Positions 1 to 10,515 of a stretch of DNA of 64,000 nt are shown one piece after another. The stretch lies in IMG/VR virus record IMGVR_UViG_3300040811_000687; one strand, written 5' to 3'. A model generated the notes under the pieces. That model saw only the letters and a list, made by a program, of their open reading frames with translations, did not search any database and had not been told where the DNA came from. Origin of the DNA: a virus. Both the position numbers and the translations under genes were made by a program. Each line of letters opens with the position of its first letter. Within the stretch, counting starts at the first letter, position 1.

Positions 1-2
1 AA

Positions 3-74
3 TCATTATCTACACTATTAATTAAAGATAGTTCAGGTACTACATTAAAAACTATACACGCTGCTGGCGTGTAA
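3..74 (+). CDS. 3' end of a fibre/virion structural protein (truncated by window edge)
   Basis: Frame from base 3 reads SLSTLLIKDSSGTTLKTIHAAGV*, nearly identical to the C-terminus of fibre 26724..27737 (AVTLLIKNSSGTTLKTIIGNAT). Confidence 0.7.
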   Translation, partial: SLSTLLIKDSSGTTLKTIHAAGV

Positions 75-95
75 AAACTAGTCACTTAACGGTGA

Positions 96-103
96 CATAA
101 ATA
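96..103 (+). promoter_or_regulatory. T4-type late promoter variant (CATAAATA), 5 nt before ATG 109
   Basis: NATAAATA box preceded by a small hairpin GTCAC-TTAACG-GTGAC (81-96). Confidence 0.55.
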
Positions 104-108
104 ACATT

Positions 109-840
109 ATGAATATATTATTAACAGGCAGTGAAGGATTTATAGGTAAACACCTTCATAAATTTTTAGAACAAAACAATCACAAAGTAATACCAATAGA
201 TAAATTATCAGGTAACGATTTAATAAATTGTGACCTTAAATACGATGTAGATTTAGTCATACACTTGGCTGGTCTATCAGGAGTCAGAGATAGTTTAGAT
301 AGACCCACAGAATACTGGAAAGAAAATGTAATTGCAGGCCAAAGACTATTTGATTATTTTCCAAACACAAGAATACTATATGCTAGTTCATCAACGGCTG
401 TAGATCCTTGGAGAAATCCATATGCAATGAGTAAGAAGTCTTTAGAGAGTATAGCACCAAAGAATAGTGTAGGTATGAGATTTACAACTGTATACGGACC
501 TGGTGCAAGAGAGCATATGTTAATACCAAGAATATTAAGAGACGATGTTCCTTTTATACATACAAATCATACAAGAGACTTTATTCATATAAATGATTTA
601 ATCATGGCCATTGATACATTAATGAAATCAGATTTTAAAGGAATATGTGATGTTGGTAGAGGAGAATCTTATAACTTAATAGAGTTATTAACTTACTTCG
701 GAATTGACGCTGAAAAAAGAATTGGGAACGAGTTTGAGAGAGAAGATAATAAAGCAGACAACAAAGTATTAAACAAATTAAACTGGTCAACTACAATTGA
801 CCTTTACGATTATATAAAGGAGTATAAAAATGTCAACTGA
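109..840 (+). CDS. NAD-dependent nucleotide-sugar epimerase/dehydratase
   Basis: TGSEGFIG Rossmann motif, HLAGL, ASSS, YAMSK (YxxxK), RDFIHIND. Confidence 0.9.
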   Translation: MNILLTGSEGFIGKHLHKFLEQNNHKVIPIDKLSGNDLINCDLKYDVDLVIHLAGLSGVRDSLDRPTEYWKENVIAGQRLFDYFPNTRILYASSSTAVDPWRNPYAMSKKSLESIAPKNSVGMRFTTVYGPGAREHMLIPRILRDDVPFIHTNHTRDFIHINDLIMAIDTLMKSDFKGICDVGRGESYNLIELLTYFGIDAEKRIGNEFEREDNKADNKVLNKLNWSTTIDLYDYIKEYKNVN

Positions 841-1366
841 TATGAAAATAAATGTAGCTAGTGTAGAACATAAAGAAATAGGATTTGGTGAAGAATTACT
901 AAAAAATCATTTTGCAGGAGCTCACTTTACAAACAACGAAAGAACATGGATAGAAGTTTTAACTAATGAAAATGGAGATAGTCTTTCTTCACATCACATT
1001 GAATACGATTTAGATCATCCTAATTGTCAAGCATTAATGAAATTTACTACGTTAGATGATATACATGAAGCTACGTATATTAAAGTGAATAAGGAAAGAA
1101 AAGAATTTGAAGAATTTGCAATTCAAATTGCTAAAAGAGACGGTCTTGTACAAACAGACGATACTTCTCCAAGTAGAATACTTGATTATATTTTTAGTGA
1201 TAAAGAAGCAGATGAAGATGAAATGTTTGCTTTAAAAATTGCTTTATTTGAAGTAGACAAGATAAAAGATTCTAAAAATCTTGACGGTAAAAAAGCATTA
1301 AGAAAAAGTAAGACTAGAATAGAATTACTTAAAGGTGCTATTGATCTTTATAGTGAGGCAGAATAA
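830..1366 (+). CDS. hypothetical protein
   Basis: 178-aa ORF overlapping the epimerase stop, AAGGAG SD upstream; no motif recognised. Confidence 0.7.
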   Translation: MSTDMKINVASVEHKEIGFGEELLKNHFAGAHFTNNERTWIEVLTNENGDSLSSHHIEYDLDHPNCQALMKFTTLDDIHEATYIKVNKERKEFEEFAIQIAKRDGLVQTDDTSPSRILDYIFSDKEADEDEMFALKIALFEVDKIKDSKNLDGKKALRKSKTRIELLKGAIDLYSEAE

Positions 1367-1925
1367 AATCTGACCACCAACCTTGCCAACCTGGTTCTAA
1401 TAGGTGGTTCATTTGACCTAGAGTGCAAATACTAAATTCTTTTGGTGGTATTTCATATATATGGTTTTTAATAGAAGGACAAACTTTATCATAGTTTTTA
1501 TAATCTATTTCTCTATAGTAAAATTCATCACTACCTCTATCATATTTTTCTAGGTAAACATCTTCGTCTTCTTTAAATTTATCCCATATATGAGATACAT
1601 CGCCTGTCCAAGAAACGATAGTTGAGTTAAGTGGTGTATGAGCTTCTTCTCTCCACCACAAATCATTCAATAAAGTAAAGTCTTTACGAAATAAATCTGG
1701 TAATTCTTTCCATATAATAACATCTAAATCAAAGTATAGATTTTCTCCGTCTCTAAATTTATCATACATTTGAAACTTGTTATACCAATTACCATAAATG
1801 TCATTTTCAATAACTTCAAAACTATCATAAGATATTCCAGAATGGAAATCTATCATATACTTTAAATTATCAACATGCCATTGAGTAAATTTGTTACCAA
1901 ACCTACAAACTATTATTCTTCTCAT
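1338..1925 (-). CDS. GT-A fold glycosyltransferase-like protein
   Basis: LYFDLDVII DxD motif, LNSTIVSW, GSDEF; paralogous to 4378..5166. Confidence 0.7.
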   Translation of the reverse strand: MRRIIVCRFGNKFTQWHVDNLKYMIDFHSGISYDSFEVIENDIYGNWYNKFQMYDKFRDGENLYFDLDVIIWKELPDLFRKDFTLLNDLWWREEAHTPLNSTIVSWTGDVSHIWDKFKEDEDVYLEKYDRGSDEFYYREIDYKNYDKVCPSIKNHIYEIPPKEFSICTLGQMNHLLEPGWQGWWSDFILPHYKDQ

Positions 1926-2848
1926 ATTACAACTTTATTTTCTTCAGGATTACTATTTGCTGGACCAGTACACATAGTTAAACATCTTTTAGGTTTATCT
2001 TTTGTTGGTCTTTTAATTATATTAAAAAATTTAATCCATTCTTTACTATTAATTATATCTTCAACTGTATCATTATTATCCATATGAAGACTATCATTAA
2101 ATAAATCTTTTATTATTGGTTCGTTGTATCTGGTATTTAACCAACAACAAGGAAGTATTTTTCCTTTATTATTCCATGCCAAATCTCTTTTTGTTTTTAA
2201 ACATTTAGGTTCAAAAACTTTTTTTTCTTCAGGTTTAGTTATTTTATATACTATTTTACCTAACTTTTCTTCTTTCACTTCTTTTATGCCGTTATCTGTT
2301 CTAGATGAATAAATTAATAAAAGAGGTATATTATGCAATTTTGCCAATTGTTCAACTTCTTTTATATCATTTTTATTATAATCAAATACAATACATTGCC
2401 ATTGTACTTTAAGTCCTTGCTTAACTGCTTTTAACATAATATTAAAAAGATATTCTCCTTTTTGATGTATTCTATACTTATGGCTATCTTTTGGAAGTCC
2501 ATCAATACCAAAAACCCAGGTTGTTTTTTCTGAAGAAGCTTTAAATGCTTCATCATACCATTTTTCAGGTCTTTGTGAAGCTGCTGTAGAAATTTCTGTT
2601 TTAATATCTTTCTTCTTACACAACTTTAACATTTCTATAAAGTTTGGATTAAAGATAGGGTCTGAAAATGTTCCACAAAAACTAATTTTTTTGAAATAAT
2701 CAGTTAATTTGTCAAGTTGTTCTAATGTTAAATCTTTTCCTGGAATACTTTGGCCTTCTTGTTTATATTGTTGTCTAGCACAAGCAGCACATTCTAATGT
2801 ACACTTATTTCCAGAGTCAATATTAATAGCTCTATCTCTAAAATTCAT
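1922..2848 (-). CDS. radical SAM protein with fused SPASM/twitch-like domain
   Basis: CTLECAAC (CX3CX2C), GIDGLPKDSHKYR, C-terminal C...GKILPCCW...CLTMC. Confidence 0.9.
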   Translation of the reverse strand: MNFRDRAINIDSGNKCTLECAACARQQYKQEGQSIPGKDLTLEQLDKLTDYFKKISFCGTFSDPIFNPNFIEMLKLCKKKDIKTEISTAASQRPEKWYDEAFKASSEKTTWVFGIDGLPKDSHKYRIHQKGEYLFNIMLKAVKQGLKVQWQCIVFDYNKNDIKEVEQLAKLHNIPLLLIYSSRTDNGIKEVKEEKLGKIVYKITKPEEKKVFEPKCLKTKRDLAWNNKGKILPCCWLNTRYNEPIIKDLFNDSLHMDNNDTVEDIINSKEWIKFFNIIKRPTKDKPKRCLTMCTGPANSNPEENKVVI

Positions 2849-2862
2849 AACATAATTTAAAC

Positions 2863-3756
2863 TTATTTAATTTCTGTAACTTTTATATTTCTTTTATATG
2901 CTGAAGAATTTATTTTTGTATCAGCAGTTTCGGGAATAATATGTTCAACACCATATGGATCAATCATTGTTTTATTTTCATTACCTTTTATATTAACTAG
3001 TTTTGCCTTTCTCATTTTCATTCCTGTACGAGGATGAACTTCTTGACCGGTTAAAGTAATTCTACTTCCATTACCTGCACCTATTAAAAGTTCAGTATCA
3101 TCTTGTTCCCAACGTGGTCGGTTTTCATTTGGATAACCTACACCTAAACCATAGGCTACTTTCTTAATACCTTTATCTATATCATCTAAAATTCCTAATT
3201 TTTTTCCCCAAAAATCATTTCCGTTTACATCATTATGACTTTTATTTGGTCCAGTAACATATCCCATTTTAGCTGCAGCTCTCATAGTCAACCCTAAAGA
3301 TATGCCAATACTACAATAAGAATTTATCCATCTTTCATGGTGTGAATTTGGTTTTAAAGAACCATCAGCGTTACAGTTTAATTGTGTGTCAGGTTCTTTA
3401 GCTACCCATATAATGTAAATACTAGCATTTGCTTGTGTGTTTCTCCATGTTGATGGTGGATTTCTTCTATGAGTATTACCCCAAGTATATCTAGATATTT
3501 CTTGAATTACTTTTCTATCCCATGTATAATATAAATCAAAATGTGATTCATATTGTTTGCTAGGGGTATTTTGAGCAATATACAATAATTCTGCTACATG
3601 TCTTTCTTTATTTTCAATTTTATCATCTTCAAATTTTTTATAATCCCAGTTTCTTTGACATTTAGTAATTTGTTCTAATATTTTATGTTCTTCATCCCAA
3701 TCATAAGTCTCATTCATGTATTTTCTCATACCTTTTTCGTATCTGTTTATTGCCAT
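2863..3756 (-). CDS. nitroreductase-fold flavoprotein
   Basis: CQRNWD and AQNTPSKQ FMN-binding-like motifs, GISLGLTMRAAAKMGY, LGVGYP. Confidence 0.7.
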   Translation of the reverse strand: MAINRYEKGMRKYMNETYDWDEEHKILEQITKCQRNWDYKKFEDDKIENKERHVAELLYIAQNTPSKQYESHFDLYYTWDRKVIQEISRYTWGNTHRRNPPSTWRNTQANASIYIIWVAKEPDTQLNCNADGSLKPNSHHERWINSYCSIGISLGLTMRAAAKMGYVTGPNKSHNDVNGNDFWGKKLGILDDIDKGIKKVAYGLGVGYPNENRPRWEQDDTELLIGAGNGSRITLTGQEVHPRTGMKMRKAKLVNIKGNENKTMIDPYGVEHIIPETADTKINSSAYKRNIKVTEIK

Positions 3757-3781
3757 TTCTAATATTCCTTTCTAAATTTTT

Positions 3782-4390
3782 TTATATCTTACCCACTAAT
3801 AAAAATCTTGTTCCTCTTTCGTCTGTGACTTCATCTTCAGCTAAGACTTTTGATGTAACTGGTAATTGTTTTTTAAATTGTTCTATATCATCAACACAAT
3901 TATTATGTCCTTCTATATCCCACATATTATTTGAAGTAAAGGCAAAATGAGCTTTAGTATCTATTTTTAATTCGTTCATAGATGGCATATGCTCACAAGA
4001 AGTATTGATAATTAAATCAGTTTTTTTAATTCTACTTGAATCGGGTGCCCAATCAAAAACATCTGCTATTATGAAATCTACATTTTTATAATGTGAAAAC
4101 AATCTATTTTTAGCTATACTTACAACTTCATTATCCAAATCTATTAATGTAATTCTTTTTACTTTTTTAAACGCTGGTATTAATATGCTACCATACCAAC
4201 CACCAAAAATAACTATTTCACTATTAGAATTTATATCAATATTGTTGTATATCATATTTACTAATTTTTCTTTAGTTCTAAATTGATTAGGACTATATGA
4301 ATCTAAAAGATCATCATTGTGTCTGGCCTCTGCCATTATATTTTTAAATAATTGTAAATCTATATCCATTTTATTGATTATTGTTTCCAA
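3782..4390 (-). CDS. class I SAM-dependent methyltransferase-like protein
   Basis: VIFGGWYG glycine loop, LIDLD, ADVFD, DLIINTSCEHM. Confidence 0.7.
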   Translation of the reverse strand: METIINKMDIDLQLFKNIMAEARHNDDLLDSYSPNQFRTKEKLVNMIYNNIDINSNSEIVIFGGWYGSILIPAFKKVKRITLIDLDNEVVSIAKNRLFSHYKNVDFIIADVFDWAPDSSRIKKTDLIINTSCEHMPSMNELKIDTKAHFAFTSNNMWDIEGHNNCVDDIEQFKKQLPVTSKVLAEDEVTDERGTRFLLVGKI

Positions 4391-5166
4391 TATTTATACA
4401 AAGTGTTAGTGTTATTTTCATGTACAGTTCTACCTACACCTGTATAATGGAAAATTTTTAATTTTTCATCTGGTTCGTCTAGTAACATATAATCAGTATC
4501 AAATGTTTTTGAATATAACATGTTTAACTGTATCATATCTTCTTTATTTTCGGTGTATTTACCTAACCATTCTGGTGGTGTTAAAGTTAACTTACTTTCT
4601 TTTTCAAATATTTTCCAATCAACATAATTCTGTTCTCCATAATACTTAAAATGTACCTTACCTATATTATAATAGTGTAATTGCCAATAAGACGGGTTGA
4701 GTGCAAAATCGTCCCATACATGCTTTAATTGTCCTGATTTAAACTTGTAAAAGCCTCCGTTTAACGGTAGAATATTATGATCACGTAACTTTTCAGGATC
4801 TTTAATTTTTTTAGTATCATTATTCCACCAAACACCATAAGATACTAACTCATTATCTCCAACAGGAAAACCTATAAGATCGTCTACGTTACCTACAATA
4901 ACTTGATCTATATCCATTATTATTATATCATCACCTGGTTGTTGGCCACCAAATAAAGGACTAAAGAATTTTAATTTATGCCAGTGTTTTTTAATATCAC
5001 TATGATGATTATATGGTAGTACAATGTCAGCTTCAACATTAGGATCATCACTTATACATACTGATATAAAAGGTATGGTACTATTCTTTCTTAAAGCTTT
5101 ATAAAAGTTACCAACATAATCTGGTGTATAACTACCTTTATAATATACAGTACATATTCTAAGCAT
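4378..5166 (-). CDS. GT-A fold glycosyltransferase-like protein
   Basis: WHKLKFF, IIMDIDQVI DxD, LNGGFYKF, GEQNYV, FHYTG (GT8-like pattern). Confidence 0.75.
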   Translation of the reverse strand: MLRICTVYYKGSYTPDYVGNFYKALRKNSTIPFISVCISDDPNVEADIVLPYNHHSDIKKHWHKLKFFSPLFGGQQPGDDIIIMDIDQVIVGNVDDLIGFPVGDNELVSYGVWWNNDTKKIKDPEKLRDHNILPLNGGFYKFKSGQLKHVWDDFALNPSYWQLHYYNIGKVHFKYYGEQNYVDWKIFEKESKLTLTPPEWLGKYTENKEDMIQLNMLYSKTFDTDYMLLDEPDEKLKIFHYTGVGRTVHENNTNTLYKYWKQ

Positions 5167-6043
5167 TAATGTTTCTCCAAACTATATCAAACCTTTTGTT
5201 AATGGCATGTATGAAGTTTGCAGTTGAAGGTATAAACATTTGTGTATCAAAGAAATAATGCCATTTTTGATCTAACCATTGTACCGGTACTTTATGTTCT
5301 TTTAATTTAACAGCAAATATTGTTTCATTATCATAACCAAAAAAATCAGCAATCTTTTTAGGAAATATATCTGTTTCTCCTATAAGACTTTTCATTAATT
5401 GTATTGTTTCTTTAAAATCTTTAAAATATTCTAATTGATCTAAATGTTTTTTACTAATGCCTACTATACCTGTATTGATAACATCATTTTCAGGACTTAA
5501 TCCTTTTTCTATTAACATAGCCTGAGCATTATAGAATTTTGCATTAGGACTTCTTATAGTTTGTGTTTTATCAGTTATCTTTTGAATAGGAGATACTCTC
5601 TCGTTATTATTTAAAACGCATACACCTTTTGATAAGTCCCACACTTCAAAAAAGTTTTCAGTAGTATTGGTAACTACATCAAAGTCTAGATATAAAACTT
5701 CATCATACTCTTTACTAAATTCATATAATAAATGTATTTTGAAAAAATTAACTATGTTATAACTTGTGATTTCTGGATAAAATTCTCTCATCCACTTATA
5801 ATAATCAATATAACTAGTATCTAAAGAACCAAATTTTGTATCGTTTTCTACCATTACAAAATCTATACCTATTGATTTAGCATAGTTGACTTTATTTTCT
5901 ACTAACTGTTTATAGTTTTTTTGAAACTCATTTTTAGTATTGTAGTTTGTAGGTATGGCTCCTTCTTTTTTTATATGTTTATCAAATATATCTAATTCTT
6001 CTTTAGGTATATCTATGAATAAACTGAATATTACTCTTTTCAT
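5159..6043 (-). CDS. GT-A fold glycosyltransferase
   Basis: VLYLDFDVV DxD, INTGIVG, DNETIF, FIHAINK. Confidence 0.75.
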   Translation of the reverse strand: MKRVIFSLFIDIPKEELDIFDKHIKKEGAIPTNYNTKNEFQKNYKQLVENKVNYAKSIGIDFVMVENDTKFGSLDTSYIDYYKWMREFYPEITSYNIVNFFKIHLLYEFSKEYDEVLYLDFDVVTNTTENFFEVWDLSKGVCVLNNNERVSPIQKITDKTQTIRSPNAKFYNAQAMLIEKGLSPENDVINTGIVGISKKHLDQLEYFKDFKETIQLMKSLIGETDIFPKKIADFFGYDNETIFAVKLKEHKVPVQWLDQKWHYFFDTQMFIPSTANFIHAINKRFDIVWRNINA

Positions 6044-6059
6044 TTCACTCCTTTTCTTA

Positions 6060-6749
6060 TTATAACCAAGTAACTATTTCTTCTATTTCAGGTTTAATAT
6101 CTTCACTAACACTTAAAGGTGTTAATGTTTGTCTTCTAGTTTTTTCAGCATAACCAATACTCATCATAGAAATTGGCATACGTGTACACCATTTTAATCC
6201 AGCGTCTTGCCATTGTTTTTGATCTCTAATGAAACATGAGTTATATGATATATCAATGTCTTTTTCTAACAAATAATTTGTTAAATTTTGCATAAAGAGT
6301 CCTACTTCTACAGCAAAAACAGAAACAAGCCTATCTGCCTTTTCCTCAATCATTTGTTCAGGATGATGTCCTTCAGCTATTTTTTTTTCATAAAATTTGT
6401 TTGCTTTTTTACATACTCTAGCAGTAATAACTACCAAATAAGGATTTAATTTTATATGTTCGTAGAAAGGATTTACTGCCCCACCTTGTGTATGATTTTG
6501 ATATCCTGCTTTAACGGCATCGTCTTCGGCTCTAATATGATCCTTACGTACCATACTATAAACAGCGTCTTTGTCTTTCTGTTTTTCAGGACCTAAAACA
6601 AATACCTCATATGGATTAAAATTATTTTTAGATGGTGATGTTTTCCATGCCTTCCATAAAGCGTCCTTGACCTCATCTAACGGAGGTATTTTTTCACTAT
6701 ACTTTCTAACGTGTCTTCTTTTTGTTTCTAATAATTCAAATGTGTTCAT
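6060..6749 (-). CDS. nitroreductase family flavoprotein
   Basis: RRHVRKY and WKTSPSKNNFNPY motifs, MSIGY near C-terminus. Confidence 0.8.
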   Translation of the reverse strand: MNTFELLETKRRHVRKYSEKIPPLDEVKDALWKAWKTSPSKNNFNPYEVFVLGPEKQKDKDAVYSMVRKDHIRAEDDAVKAGYQNHTQGGAVNPFYEHIKLNPYLVVITARVCKKANKFYEKKIAEGHHPEQMIEEKADRLVSVFAVEVGLFMQNLTNYLLEKDIDISYNSCFIRDQKQWQDAGLKWCTRMPISMMSIGYAEKTRRQTLTPLSVSEDIKPEIEEIVTWL

Positions 6750-6750
6750 A

Positions 6751-8286
6751 TTATTTTCTTATTATATAGTCATTAATAACTAGTATATCTAATGCTGTCT
6801 TTTTAAATGTTTTTAATGCATGTTCAGGACTTTCTACAATAGGTTCTTGACAATTAAAACTTGTATTAAGCAACATGGGTACGCCAGTAATTTCTCCAAA
6901 CTCTCTTATTAGTTCATAGAATTTACTATTGTCATTTTTGTTTACAGTTTGTATTCTAGCAGTACCATCAACGTGAGTAACACCAGGTATTACTGATTTT
7001 TTATATTCTTTAACCTTACATATTCTTGACATATAAGGACTAGGTAAATTAGTATCAAAATATTCTTTATAGTGTTCTTCTAAAACTGCTGGTGCAAATG
7101 GTCTAAAGTCTTCTCTCATTTTTATTGTGCCATTGATGATATCTTTGATATCAGGATTACGAGGGTCAGCTAATATACTTCTATTACCTAATGCTCTATT
7201 ACCACTTTCTGATTTACCTTGAAACCAACCTACTATTTTACCATCAGCAATTGCCTGAGCAACTTCTTTGTATGAAATTAACTTTTCAGCACCTTTATAG
7301 TAATCATATGATTTACCAGCATAAACGTTAGACTTATGTACATTATTATTTATTGTATAATCGGCATGTTGATAAGCACCAATAGCTTGGCCTTCATCAC
7401 CTATTGCAGGTGGAACAAATACATTATCCCATTTTTCGGTAAACATTTCATTACAATAACCGTTATATGCAACACCACCAGCAAGACATAAGTTATCTGA
7501 ACTTTTTAAAGGATAAACATGTTCTTTAATTCTTTCCATAGTAATTTCTTGTAGTGTATATGCTAAATCATCTATACCATGTTTATCTATTTCTATGTGT
7601 TTCCATTCAGGATACTTTCTTTCTAAAATAGGTCCTTCTAATATAGTGGTTAATACATTATAATAGTAATCACTATGTTTACCATAACCAACTTTACCCA
7701 TAAGTTTACTTGCACCTAATGTTCCAAAACCTGTAAGATTAGACATATGATTCCACAACCAGCCAATAGGAAGTTGTGATGATAAATTAGTTGCTTTACC
7801 GTCTCTATCAAAAAATAAACATCTATATCTTGAGCCAATACCATCTATTGCAAGTACATCACTTTGTTGATAACCTGAATTTAAAAATGCATAAGCGGCA
7901 TGTGATTGATGATGATCAATATAATAGATACCGTCTTTATAATGATTTTGCCATAATGATTTAACTTCATAGTCTAAAATCTCATCGTGACCTTTGAATA
8001 TAGTATTAAATAATTCTTCTTTTGATTTTCTTATACCACCATAAGTATATGTAAATGCTAAAACACCCTCCTCTGGCTTTTTAAGATATTCACTTAAAAA
8101 TTCATCATTTAAAGTATAATCACCAGGATTTAATATATCTGATTGATGATTGTAAGCTTCTGCTCTGTATGGTAGATTATGTTTAAATCTAGTGTGTCTT
8201 TCTCTTTGATTGTGATATACACCATCATAGGTATTGTGATCGTGTAAGTTAATTGCAACAGCATTTATTTTCATTTTATTCTCCAT
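6751..8286 (-). CDS. carbamoyltransferase, NodU/CmcH/TobZ family
   Basis: HHQSHA, IDGIG, LAGGVAYN, IGDEG, RALGNRSILADP, FRPFAP, HVDGTARIQTV, LLNTSFN. Confidence 0.95.
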   Translation of the reverse strand: MENKMKINAVAINLHDHNTYDGVYHNQRERHTRFKHNLPYRAEAYNHQSDILNPGDYTLNDEFLSEYLKKPEEGVLAFTYTYGGIRKSKEELFNTIFKGHDEILDYEVKSLWQNHYKDGIYYIDHHQSHAAYAFLNSGYQQSDVLAIDGIGSRYRCLFFDRDGKATNLSSQLPIGWLWNHMSNLTGFGTLGASKLMGKVGYGKHSDYYYNVLTTILEGPILERKYPEWKHIEIDKHGIDDLAYTLQEITMERIKEHVYPLKSSDNLCLAGGVAYNGYCNEMFTEKWDNVFVPPAIGDEGQAIGAYQHADYTINNNVHKSNVYAGKSYDYYKGAEKLISYKEVAQAIADGKIVGWFQGKSESGNRALGNRSILADPRNPDIKDIINGTIKMREDFRPFAPAVLEEHYKEYFDTNLPSPYMSRICKVKEYKKSVIPGVTHVDGTARIQTVNKNDNSKFYELIREFGEITGVPMLLNTSFNCQEPIVESPEHALKTFKKTALDILVINDYIIRK

Positions 8287-8301
8287 TCTTAATAAATTTA
8301 T

Positions 8302-8670
8302 TTATAATCCCATTAAATCTCTTATTTCGGGATCAATCATATCCCTAGACCACGTAGGTGTCATTGTAATTCTAACTTTGCATTTAAGTCCTGGTATACT
8401 TTCAACGGCTTGTCTTACTCCGTTAACTATTTCATCTACGGCAGGACAAAAAGCAGACGTTAAACTCATTAATACAAATACATATCTTTCAGAGGTAACT
8501 TTAACATCATATATAAGTCCGAGTGTGTATATATCTGTAGAAATTTCAGGATCATAACAAGTTTTAAGTTTCTCTGTAATTTTATTAATAAACTCTAGAC
8601 GCATTTCTTGATCGTCTTTAATATCTGATAAAGTAGCGTTTACTTGTGGATCAATTGATGGTTCATTCAT
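8302..8670 (-). CDS. SufT/PaaD-like (DUF59/MIP18) Fe-S cluster assembly protein
   Basis: YDPEISTDIYTLGLIY, LTSAFCP, PTWSRDMI. Confidence 0.9.
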   Translation of the reverse strand: MNEPSIDPQVNATLSDIKDDQEMRLEFINKITEKLKTCYDPEISTDIYTLGLIYDVKVTSERYVFVLMSLTSAFCPAVDEIVNGVRQAVESIPGLKCKVRITMTPTWSRDMIDPEIRDLMGL

Positions 8671-8673
8671 AAT

Positions 8674-8988
8674 TTATTTTTTACTTTCTATTGTACAAAC
8701 TCTTTTACAAGGTTTAGGTGCCTTATCATAATCAATCAAACTATTTGGTAAAGTTTTTTTAAACCACTCTTTATTTAGTATATTTTTTAAAGAGTCATTT
8801 TTTATGTTATATTCTTCTTTTTTAGATAGATAGTCTTTTATAATAGGATGTGATCTACCATCAGTTTCTTTTTTGTTTTCATAATCTATAAAATGTAATT
8901 TTAAAAAACAACATTGAAACACTTGTCCGTCAGGCTGTATTAAACACCTACTACTTTCTTTCCATTTACAAATAATACTTTTAGCCAT
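8674..8988 (-). CDS. stand-alone SPASM-like Fe-S domain protein
   Basis: CKW...IQPDGQVFQCCF...CKRVC; follows radical SAM 8981..9679. Confidence 0.75.
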   Translation of the reverse strand: MAKSIICKWKESSRCLIQPDGQVFQCCFLKLHFIDYENKKETDGRSHPIIKDYLSKKEEYNIKNDSLKNILNKEWFKKTLPNSLIDYDKAPKPCKRVCTIESKK

Positions 8989-9679
8989 TTTCTTTATTTT
9001 TTGGATATTTGTCTACTGCTATCTGTACTGTTGTATCCGTAGCAGCTTCTAAATATTCATCTTCTCCTTTTTCATTGACAAAATGCCATTTTGATTTACC
9101 ATCAAATCTATCTGATAAACAAAATTCATGGTTATGTGATCCCCATTTCTTTGCTAAATCTAATATATCTTTTTTATAATCCTGGTTATGTTTAAATATA
9201 ATTGTTTGAGATAACGGTATTGCTTTTGTTTTTGACAAAGCATACATATTATTTAAAGATTTTTTTAATGAAGCACCACGTCTATATTTGGTGTGCATTT
9301 CTTCATTAATACCATCTATATCAAAAACGATTGCTAATCTTTTATCACAATAATTACCTATTTCTTCATAAAACTTTTCTGACCTAATACTACCATTTGT
9401 TGTTATGGTTACTTTAGATTTTATTGAATTGTCTATTATGTAATATATAATCTTTTTTATATCTTTGGCCATCAAAGGATCTCCCCATAAACCACAAAAA
9501 CTATATTCTTCCATGTCATCTAAATCATTTATTGGAAAAGCAGTTTGAAACTGTTCTAATGACCAAGTATCTAGAGGAAGTAATTCGTGAGTTTTTAATC
9601 CGTTAGGATCAGTTCTTCTACATTGTGGGCATTTAATGTTACAAAGATTAGTAACAGAAATATCAACCGTTTTCATCAT
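8981..9679 (-). CDS. radical SAM protein (core only)
   Basis: CNIKCPQC, GLWGDP, TTNGS, DIDGINEEMHTKYR. Confidence 0.9.
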   Translation of the reverse strand: MMKTVDISVTNLCNIKCPQCRRTDPNGLKTHELLPLDTWSLEQFQTAFPINDLDDMEEYSFCGLWGDPLMAKDIKKIIYYIIDNSIKSKVTITTNGSIRSEKFYEEIGNYCDKRLAIVFDIDGINEEMHTKYRRGASLKKSLNNMYALSKTKAIPLSQTIIFKHNQDYKKDILDLAKKWGSHNHEFCLSDRFDGKSKWHFVNEKGEDEYLEAATDTTVQIAVDKYPKNKENG

Positions 9680-10515
9680 AATTTTAATATATTACTATAC
9701 TTTTCAATAGGAAAATGTCCTTTCGGTTGTACATATTCTTTACATGTTACACAATACTTCTCATATTTGAATAACTGGAAGTTCATCATCTTATCAATGT
9801 TTTCTTTAGTCATAGGAAAAGACCTAGACAATTCGGTGTTATTTGCAAATTTTTTACTACAGTGTACTATATGTTTTTTTTCAAAATCTATAACAGGTAC
9901 CATAGGAAAAGCAGCACACATTTTACGATCTATTTCAGCCGCCTGTGTGTGTACTTCTTCTACATCACCTTTAGATGGTGTTCTACCGTTAAATGCTTTG
10001 AACATAGTATTTTTATGTTCTAATTGTTTTTTAAATTCTGGATAGTTAGCTATATACTTAAAGTAATTAGGCGTTTTAAGTACTACATTATAATTATTCA
10101 TATCATTAGGTGCTAGATAATCGTAGTTACCTAATTTTTTTATTTTATCTGGATAAAAATCCAGTGTTAAGTGTTCTACGTATAATATTTCAGGATCTTC
10201 TAATATTTCAGGATATCTTTTTCTTATAAAAGAATTAGATAAAACTTGAGGAATAAAATTAGGATATTCTTTTACCATTGCAATTACTTCACGAAGGTTT
10301 TTAATTAAACCTGGTTCACCACCAAGTAAACATATTCTAACTTTATATTCTTTTAACGCTTCTAAGGTTGATCTTAAAAAATCTAAATCTACTGTCAAGT
10401 TTCTCATTTCTAGAGTATAACTTGTACAATAATGACAATCTTTATTACAAGACATAGATAAAAAGAAATCTATCGCTAAATAATTTTTTTGTGCGTATTC
10501 TAGATCAAATTTCAT
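9676..10515 (-). CDS. radical SAM protein with C-terminal Cys motif
   Basis: CNKDCHYC, LLGGEP, C-terminal C...HC...CVTC. Confidence 0.9.
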   Translation of the reverse strand: MKFDLEYAQKNYLAIDFFLSMSCNKDCHYCTSYTLEMRNLTVDLDFLRSTLEALKEYKVRICLLGGEPGLIKNLREVIAMVKEYPNFIPQVLSNSFIRKRYPEILEDPEILYVEHLTLDFYPDKIKKLGNYDYLAPNDMNNYNVVLKTPNYFKYIANYPEFKKQLEHKNTMFKAFNGRTPSKGDVEEVHTQAAEIDRKMCAAFPMVPVIDFEKKHIVHCSKKFANNTELSRSFPMTKENIDKMMNFQLFKYEKYCVTCKEYVQPKGHFPIEKYSNILKL

